Assembly (NCBI GenBank): GCA_965218975.1
Contig: OZ244717.1
Span: 160,001-224,000 of the forward strand
Direction: 5' to 3'
Origin: Candidatus Oxydemutatoraceae bacterium
Lineage (GTDB): Bacteria; Pseudomonadota; Gammaproteobacteria; Poriferisulfidales; Oxydemutatoraceae
DNA: 64,000 bases
The first letter of the stretch is position 1, and every line of letters begins with the position of its first letter. The notes beneath the pieces are model-generated. The model ran no database searches, was not told where the DNA came from, and worked only from the letters and a program-made list of their open reading frames with translations. The position numbers and the translations under genes are program-made. Positions 57,052-64,000 of this stretch are shown here, in pieces.

Positions 57052-57635
57052 TGGTATCGCTCTCCGTCAGAACGCAACGTTTCCACAGGCATTTCCACCG
57101 GCTCACCAGCGGTTAATTCATAACCCAGGGCCTCCCACTCATCGGTGCCGCCAGGAAACCAGTGCACATTTTTAAACCCCAGCGCAAGCGCTCTTTTAGC
57201 CACATTCCATGACATCCAACAATCCGCAGCACAATAAAAAACAAGGCGTCTTTGTTGTTTATCTGCGACCAGCAGCTTCAGGTTCGTTATCAGATATTCC
57301 CTAAATTCAGGAGAGATCGTGCCATAGCCAACATTAGGTAACCAGACACTATCGGGTAAGTTGTAGCGTGTCGGCGGACGCCATAAACGATCGGCCGGGA
57401 AATCAGGGGGCTTGGGATGCAACGGCATAACGTCAATCAAGGCAGCTTCATGTTTGTCATCATTGATTAACGCGTATAGCTCGATCGCGTCAATGACGGT
57501 TGCGCCACGCAAAGTCGCCGGCACCGGCGCTCGATAATTCTCCATGCGATAACCATCCGGCTCGGTAATGCTACCGGAACCGGAAACTCCGGTTTGCGCC
57601 AGTAACGAAGCGACAATCCAAATAACTTTCATCAT
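57048..57635 (-). CDS. Rhodanese-like PQQ-catabolism-associated CXXCW protein
   Basis: YRAPVPATL, FYCAADCWMSWN; start set at MMKVIW. Confidence 0.85.
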   Translation of the reverse strand: MMKVIWIVASLLAQTGVSGSGSITEPDGYRMENYRAPVPATLRGATVIDAIELYALINDDKHEAALIDVMPLHPKPPDFPADRLWRPPTRYNLPDSVWLPNVGYGTISPEFREYLITNLKLLVADKQQRRLVFYCAADCWMSWNVAKRALALGFKNVHWFPGGTDEWEALGYELTAGEPVEMPVETLRSDGERYQ

Positions 57636-57769
57636 GGGATTATGAATAATAATGTGTTTTATCCATTTATCTTCTATGCCGTTACTCTGCAGCGGCGGCT
57701 CATGCCAACAAATGTCGGTCCTGATTCCATAGGCTGAGTACGTAGGTGTGGAACCATAGGAAACAGCTT

Positions 57770-58600
57770 TCATTCTGTTGTTACCAAAGGCACATTATAC
57801 TGTGACAACACCGTGTGTATTTTTTCTTTGTTGCGGTGCAAAAATGTATTCAGCCGCCGCTTCCATTTTACCTCACCGAATCTGACTCCTAAGGTCACAC
57901 TATAAATCATACGATGCTTATCCGAATGGTCCGCTAGCAGCGGCACTACTTTGAGTTGATTGTCATAGATTTTATTCAGATAACCTACAAGCGGCCCCCA
58001 GAGAATAGCGCAATCAAGTTTTCCCGACAACAAATCTTTTACGATCTGTTGTGCGGGAGCATCCACCCGGGTATCAACCACCAAATGGTACGAAGCAACT
58101 TGCTCCATCAGGCCTTTTTCAATCAACAAACCTGTCGGCGGTGTCCCGGCGATCAGACCAATCCGCATGTTTTTGTCTTTTAATCGAGGGTTTGACAAAG
58201 AACGCAGTTCGTAGCCAGCATCCGCCAGGTAAACCAGCGAAAAAACCGAAGAATAATAGGGGTTGGTATTCAGCAGCGTCTCGTTTCCGGATGACACTCC
58301 CATAATGAGGTCACATCTTCTGGCTTGCAGGGTAGTGCGGACAAACCCCATGCTTTGCGGAAACCAATAATAGGAAAGCGGCACATTAAGGTCTGCGGCA
58401 ATAAACTCGGCTATCTTATTTTCAAACCCCTGTTGCGCCCTGTTGGAATACGGCAGATTGTTAGGGTCTGAGCAAACACGCAAAGCGGTCCGTTCCCGCG
58501 GCTCGGTACTATTATCAGCGGCATTCGGCGTTGGTGAAACGCAAAGTAAAATAACCAGACATATCAACCCTAAACAACTCTCATTATTCCGGATGTTCAA
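57770..58600 (-). CDS. xoxJ: XoxJ/MxaJ periplasmic binding protein
   Basis: LRVCSDPNNLPYSN, GFENKIA, WGP. Confidence 0.9.
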   Translation of the reverse strand: MNIRNNESCLGLICLVILLCVSPTPNAADNSTEPRERTALRVCSDPNNLPYSNRAQQGFENKIAEFIAADLNVPLSYYWFPQSMGFVRTTLQARRCDLIMGVSSGNETLLNTNPYYSSVFSLVYLADAGYELRSLSNPRLKDKNMRIGLIAGTPPTGLLIEKGLMEQVASYHLVVDTRVDAPAQQIVKDLLSGKLDCAILWGPLVGYLNKIYDNQLKVVPLLADHSDKHRMIYSVTLGVRFGEVKWKRRLNTFLHRNKEKIHTVLSQYNVPLVTTE

Positions 58601-58618
58601 GGCAATAAGATATCGGAT

Positions 58619-59086
58619 TTAATTACCGAAGCAGGCATTATCGCGTTCGATTGCCTCCTTTGGTTTGGCCACGCGGTCCGGACGTCCCGGAGCAACAGCT
58701 CCGTCCGCTCGTGCAACAAGATAAGCATAGATATCATCCAGGAAACACATCACGTTTAAGTTGGTTGCGAACCCGGGCATAACGTTCTGCGTAGCGGTGC
58801 CGACGTTCACTCTGCCATTGACAACAATCTCCAAAAATTTTCCGTAGCCGAGAGTTTTCACGGATTCCAGCAGGTTCGGAGCAAAAGAACTGCCCATCCC
58901 GGCCGGCCCATGGCATACGTGACATTCGGAATGATAACGGCGGAAGCCGCTAAAGGTGTACCAATCAACCTTACCGTCTGCGGTAATCCGATAGGGTTTA
59001 TCCTGACCGTCTCCGTTACTAGCAATGGCGACAGACACGAAGGTTAAAAGAGCAAAGCTCAGTAACGCAAAAAACAGCTCTTTCAT
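58619..59086 (-). CDS. xoxG: XoxG cytochrome c
   Basis: VDWYTFSGFRRYHSECHVCHG; follows xoxF. Confidence 0.9.
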   Translation of the reverse strand: MKELFFALLSFALLTFVSVAIASNGDGQDKPYRITADGKVDWYTFSGFRRYHSECHVCHGPAGMGSSFAPNLLESVKTLGYGKFLEIVVNGRVNVGTATQNVMPGFATNLNVMCFLDDIYAYLVARADGAVAPGRPDRVAKPKEAIERDNACFGN

Positions 59087-59136
59087 GGAAACTTCTTCCT
59101 CCCTCAAGTCAAATCGGTCAATTTAACCAAGCGGTT

Positions 59137-59184
59137 AAAAAAAACCTGCATCCGAAACAGAGACGAACTCTACCCCGGATGCAG
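59137..59184 (-). terminator. Hairpin plus T run between xoxF and xoxG
   Basis: CTGCATCCG / CGGATGCAG stem then 8 T on the minus strand. Confidence 0.6.
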
Positions 59185-59199
59185 AATCTTAACTCTCAA

Positions 59200-61014
59200 C
59201 TACAGTGAGAAGACGAATAAAGTGCCTCCTAAACGAGTATAGTTTTCAAGATGACGATAACCTCCGACAGCGCCCAAACCATCACGGTCTCCCGTTAAGC
59301 CTGCGGCCATACCGATACCGGCCCAACCACCAATGCCTGACAGAATAGCAATATACTGCTTCCCACCGTGCATGTAGGTCGTGACGTTGCCGATAATCCC
59401 GGAGGGTGTCTTGAAGCGATAAAGCTCTTTGCCTGTCTTGTGATCGACGGCTTTTAAGTAACCTTCCAAAGTGCCATAAAACACGATGCCACCACCGGTT
59501 GCTAAAGCACCGCTCCAAACTGAAAACTTCTCGTCAATTGCCCAGGCTTCTTTGCCGGTACCGGCATTCCAGGCAATAAACCGACCCATGTCCGGGCCCC
59601 TGTCAGTGCGGCCAGGAGCCGTCGGGGCGGGAAACATATCCAGGTTCGCCCCCACATACGGCTGACCCGCAGTGTAGCTAACCCTGAAAGGCTCGTAGTT
59701 CATGCACACATGGTTAGTCGGAACATAGAACAGATTAGTCATCGGCGAGAAGGAAGCCGGTTGCTGGTCTTTGGTGCCCAACGCAGCCGGACAAATATCT
59801 TTTGATAACACATCCTCACCGTTGTACTCGGTTCTGTACTTGTTCACCATCATTGGCCGTCCGGTTTTCATATCGATGCCCGTCGCCCAGTTGACCACGT
59901 CATCGTACTTCTCCGCAACCAACAGTTCACCTGAGACTCGGTCCAGAGTATAACCAAACCCGTTACGGTCGAAATGCACCACGGTTTTGCGCATCTTGCC
60001 ATTGACCGGAATATCAGCGAGAATCATCTCATTGATTCCGTCATAATCCCACTCGTCATGTGGCGTCATTTGATAGACCCACTTGGCGAAGCCGGAATCG
60101 GCATCACGCGCAAAAATGGTCATGGACCAACGGTTGTCACCCGGGCGTTGCTTCGGATTCCACGTGCTTGGATTACCTGAGCCGTAATAGACCAGATTCA
60201 GGTCGGGGTCGTAGGAATACCAACCCCAAGTGGTACCGCCGCCGATCTTCCATTGATCGCCTTCCCAGGTATCAGTGCCCGAACCCTTACCGACGGACTT
60301 CCCAAGATGCGTGGTCTTGGGTCCCATCAACGTATCCGAATCCGGACCCATTGAGTAGCCACGCCAGACACGCTTGCCGGAATTAACGTCGTATGCGGTT
60401 AGATGGCCGCGAACACCGAATTCACCGCCGCTAATACCGACATAAACTTTATCCTTGACAACCATGGGTGCCGATGTACCCGTTTCCCCCTTGGAAATAT
60501 CACCGTTGGATACACTCCACATTTTTTTGCCGGTTTTCGCATCCAAGGCAACCAACGTCGCATCCGCTTGATACAGGAAGATTTTGCCGTCGCTGTATGC
60601 AACACCGCGGTTAACCGTGTCACAGCACATCACCGGTATAGTGGCCGGATTCTGCTTGGGTTCATATTCCCATACGATCCTTTGGTTATCACTCAGGTCC
60701 AGTGCGAATACCTTGTTAGGAAAAGGTGTATGCACATACATCATGTCACCGATAATCAAAGGGCCACCTTCGTGACCGCGAAGAACACCAGTCGAGAATG
60801 TCCATGCAACCTTTAAGTCTTTAACATTACCGGAATTGATCTGCTTCAGTTCGGAATATCGATGATTGGCGTAGTTACCTGTAGGCATCACCCATTGATT
60901 CGGGTCTTGCGACATTTTCATCAACATGGTGTTCGCCTGCACACCCGCCATTCCGACAAGGCACATCATCCCGACAGTCAAGACCGAGATTAAATGTTTA
61001 GGGTTTTTTAACAT
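59200..61014 (-). CDS. xoxF: Lanthanide-dependent methanol dehydrogenase
   Basis: VMCCD vicinal disulfide, EWDYDGINE with the extra Asp, Trp docking motifs. Confidence 0.93.
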   Translation of the reverse strand: MLKNPKHLISVLTVGMMCLVGMAGVQANTMLMKMSQDPNQWVMPTGNYANHRYSELKQINSGNVKDLKVAWTFSTGVLRGHEGGPLIIGDMMYVHTPFPNKVFALDLSDNQRIVWEYEPKQNPATIPVMCCDTVNRGVAYSDGKIFLYQADATLVALDAKTGKKMWSVSNGDISKGETGTSAPMVVKDKVYVGISGGEFGVRGHLTAYDVNSGKRVWRGYSMGPDSDTLMGPKTTHLGKSVGKGSGTDTWEGDQWKIGGGTTWGWYSYDPDLNLVYYGSGNPSTWNPKQRPGDNRWSMTIFARDADSGFAKWVYQMTPHDEWDYDGINEMILADIPVNGKMRKTVVHFDRNGFGYTLDRVSGELLVAEKYDDVVNWATGIDMKTGRPMMVNKYRTEYNGEDVLSKDICPAALGTKDQQPASFSPMTNLFYVPTNHVCMNYEPFRVSYTAGQPYVGANLDMFPAPTAPGRTDRGPDMGRFIAWNAGTGKEAWAIDEKFSVWSGALATGGGIVFYGTLEGYLKAVDHKTGKELYRFKTPSGIIGNVTTYMHGGKQYIAILSGIGGWAGIGMAAGLTGDRDGLGAVGGYRHLENYTRLGGTLFVFSL

Positions 61015-61228
61015 ATAAAGTCCCTCCTTTAAATTTGTTAATTTGTTAATCCAGTGATTTTGTCAACAGCCCAAAAACGACCGGCTTTCCAACGAGCAAT
61101 GTCGGTTTTGAAATCCGAAGCCTTGCTGCTTGATTGCCATCATTCAAAATAACAACCTTAAGAGTGCCGTCTATCTATTCTGGGCTATGCATTAGTATAC
61201 TATACTTTTAAATGTAGTGTATAGGTTG

Positions 61229-62821
61229 TGTACGATGCCACCCTAGATGCCACCCTAAATGGGATTTTTGAAGGGCTTCGGGGGAAGCGTTCGGCAGTAA
61301 CATTCGGATCGGTGCTTTCTGTCCGTTGCCGGCATGAGGACGGTGCAGGGTGAGACGCGCTCGGAAAACCGATCGGTTTTCAGCGGCGAACGACCCGACA
61401 AGGACGTCGGGGCTGGTGCTCATTGACAGAACCAAGTCTCGTCATGGGTGAGACGCGCCCGGAAAACCAATTGGTTTTCAGCGGTGAACGACCCGACAAG
61501 GACGTCGGGGCTGGCGCTTGTTGACAGAACCCAGTCGCGTCATGGATGACAGGCACTTTGCCGACAATCCGGCACAATCCGCCGACAACACGGCAACAAA
61601 CACAAAACGGTTTCATAACTGGTCATTGAATGCTTCCGTATCGGCGAATAGCAGGTCTTCCGCATGATTGATACAATATCTTCTTGGACGGTGCGGTTGA
61701 AGCGCTTGATGTGCGCGTTCATTTTTGGACACTTGGGATAGGTCAGCCACTGCTCAATCACGGGTGATTCCCGGATGAGCCGGGCAAACTGTCCTTGAAA
61801 CTCACTACCGCCGTCCGTCAGGGTGAGACGCGCCCGGAAAACCGATCGGTTTTCAGCGGCGAACGACCCGACAAGGATGTCGGGGCTGAGGCTTGTTGAC
61901 AGAACCCAGTCGCGTCATGGGTGAGACGCGCCCGGAAAACCAATTGGTTTTCAGCGGTGAACGACCCGACAAGGATGTCGGGGCTGGGGCTTGTTGACAG
62001 AACCCAGTCGCGTCATGGATGACAGGCACTTTGCCGACAATCCGGCACAATCCGCCGACAACACGGCAACAAACACAAAACGGTTTCATCAGCTCAAAGA
62101 TTTTACTGCTGCCGAGATTCGCCAAAGCTGCCGAAATTCTGCCCGGCGTAGGGTGAGACGCGCTCGGAAAACCAATTGGTTTTCAGCGGTGAACGACCCG
62201 ACAAGGATGTCGGGGCTGAGGCTTGTTGACAGAACCCAGTCGCGTCATGGATGACAGGCACTTTGCCGACAATCCGGCACAATCCGCCGACAACACGGCA
62301 ACAAACACAAAACGGTTTCATCAGCTCAAAGATTTTACTGCTGCCGAGATTCGCCAAAGCTGCCGAAATTCTGCCCGGCGTAGGGTGAGACGCGCCCGGA
62401 AAACCAATTGGTTTTCAGCGGTGAACGACCCGACAAGGACGTCGGGGCTGGAGCTTGTTGACAGAACCCAGTCGCGTCATGGACGACAGGCACTTTGCCG
62501 ACAATCCGGCACAATCCGCCGACGCCTCTTGCGCGGCGCTTTGCCGCGGTCATGCAAGGCGCTGAGTCCAGTGCGGCGATAACGTCGGCGCCAGCGGTAC
62601 AAAGTACTGCGACCAACCTTGAATGCGTTTAGGGTTACAATCCTCCCAAAATAACAGGGTATCGTGTTTCTGTTGAGCCGTTGTGTTCATAATAGCCTCT
62701 ATTTTTGAAGCAAAATGGGCTCATATAGAAACCTTTGATGCGGTGGCCGATGTGCTGATATTGCATATCAGTCACCTTTTCGAGTCGTGCCGTGAATCCC
62801 ATATGTATCTGGCACTATACA
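61229..62821 (-). mobile_element. IS481-like relic F with six nested units
   Basis: Both ends present (TGTACGATGCC ... GGCACTATACA); fragmented transposase. Confidence 0.82.
61921..62524. repeat. 232-bp tandem repeat, about 2.6 copies
   Basis: Starts at 61921, 62153, 62385; each full copy is unit + tail + transposase fragment. Confidence 0.9.
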
Positions 62822-62834
62822 CTAAGGAGGAATT

Positions 62835-63263
62835 ATGTATTTCTGTGGCACTGATAAATCTTTCCGGGAGAATACTCCATGCGGGCTTTCTCGCGGCATA
62901 CTAATCTTTTTATCAGTCTGCCTTACGTTTTTGAGCGGAACGCTTTATGCCGGCGATATCGACAACGGCAAAAAAGTGTTTGTGAAATGTCAAGCGTGTC
63001 ATTCGGTGGAAAAAGACATCAGCAAAATCGGTCCCAGCTTATACGGTGTTTTCGGTCGCAAGTCCGGAACGCTTGCAAGCTTCTCTAATTATACGGAAGC
63101 GATGAAAACGGCGAATATCACTTGGGAGAAAAAAACGCTTAGTGAATTTTTGAAAGCGCCGCGCAGCTATGTGCCGAATACGTTGATGATCTTTCCCGGA
63201 TTAAACAACGACAAAGAGATAGACGATCTCCTGACTTACCTGGAATTGATTGTCCCTAAATAG
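62835..63263 (+). CDS. Class I cytochrome c (c2/c550-like)
   Basis: TAAGGAGG RBS, signal peptide, CQACH, GPSLYGV, PNTLM. Confidence 0.9.
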   Translation: MYFCGTDKSFRENTPCGLSRGILIFLSVCLTFLSGTLYAGDIDNGKKVFVKCQACHSVEKDISKIGPSLYGVFGRKSGTLASFSNYTEAMKTANITWEKKTLSEFLKAPRSYVPNTLMIFPGLNNDKEIDDLLTYLELIVPK

Positions 63264-63430
63264 AATAATACGGGCTTTGTTGGTCCGGATTCGACCTATG
63301 CCGACAACCGACCTGAACCTTACGGCGGCGTCATTGTCAACATTAATATCTACTCGTTTGTGCCGACCTGAACGAGTAGATGAGTTCTTGCCTTGTGCAG
63401 GAGCAAGGCATTGCCTCTCGCTTTATGACA

Positions 63431-63994
63431 TTAGCTACAGGGATTTCCGCGTGTTTCAAGGGTCCGCAGTCTAAGCGCATAAACGACCGCGGCATTCAGC
63501 AATGCATCGGAACGCATGGCATGACCGGTGACAATGTTTAAAACGTTGCGGCGGCAAAACTTGCTCCTAGAACGATTCTTTGAGGTATCGAGGTTGTAAA
63601 ACCAGGATTGCTTGCCCTGTTCAGAATCAACGATGGCAAGCAGTTCATCGGCATTGATATCAACGATAAACTCCCGTACGCCTCGCTTGAATGCCGTTCG
63701 GAAAGCCTGCCTTACCGCAGCCGCATCGCCGAGAACCACGGTTTCGAGAGCGTACGGCTGATCAAAAAACCGGCCAGTGGCACTGCTAGCCGTTTGCTTT
63801 ACATCGTCCTGCGGCGATGGTCCCTGTATCTGTTTGAGGAAAACGATCGCAACATGCTCCCCTTCATCGGCTACGGCCGCCCATGCAAATATATGCAGCA
63901 AAACAAAACACAGCGCAGCAGGCAGTTGTTTATCCGATATATATCTCATTGATAAACTCCGGACTGCTCGTCTATTGTTTTTTCCTTGTATCAA
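63431..63994 (-). pseudogene. Truncated PQQ-catabolism-associated ABC substrate-binding protein
   Basis: TGRFF...CRRNVL...AMRSDAL resembles the N-terminal half of that family, then ends early. Confidence 0.5.
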
Positions 63995-64000
63995 ACAAGC

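Noticed and set aside
61215-61224. 10-bp inverted match to 62815-62824 around relic F
   Set aside because: Short, not seen at other relics, plausibly chance.
61350-62524. CRISPR array interpretation of the repeats
   Set aside because: Repeats are ~100 bp, intervening segments are absent or repeated rather than unique, and no cas genes are present.

Overview
Gammaproteobacterial chromosome segment with tightly packed housekeeping genes (hemW-rdgB-rph, degQ, moaCD, mutY-yggX, metXW, rpsU-yqeY, gltD-hemE, mrcA, aroKB-gltB, dnaG-rpoD, rplU-rpmA-obgE-proB, rpsT, comF-bioBF) and two tRNAs. It also carries a lanthanide-type methanol oxidation region (xoxFGJ plus pqqA-B-CD-E). Accessory content: a four-copy mosaic array of Kdo/WaaP-like kinases, a GT32 gene followed by two GT2-Anp1(GT62)-like fusion genes, a Sel1-repeat protein, a decayed integrative element at tRNA-Ile2, and six IS481-like relics. 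The most unusual signal is a ~100-bp structured unit found 19 times, only inside the IS relics. It has one fixed end (GTGAGACG) that is always joined right after a GG, a variable other end, and a palindrome with compensatory changes. A 17-kb block (gltD...gltB) also looks like a circularly permuted segment inserted between yqeY and dnaG. All calls are by eye from the sequence; no searches were run.
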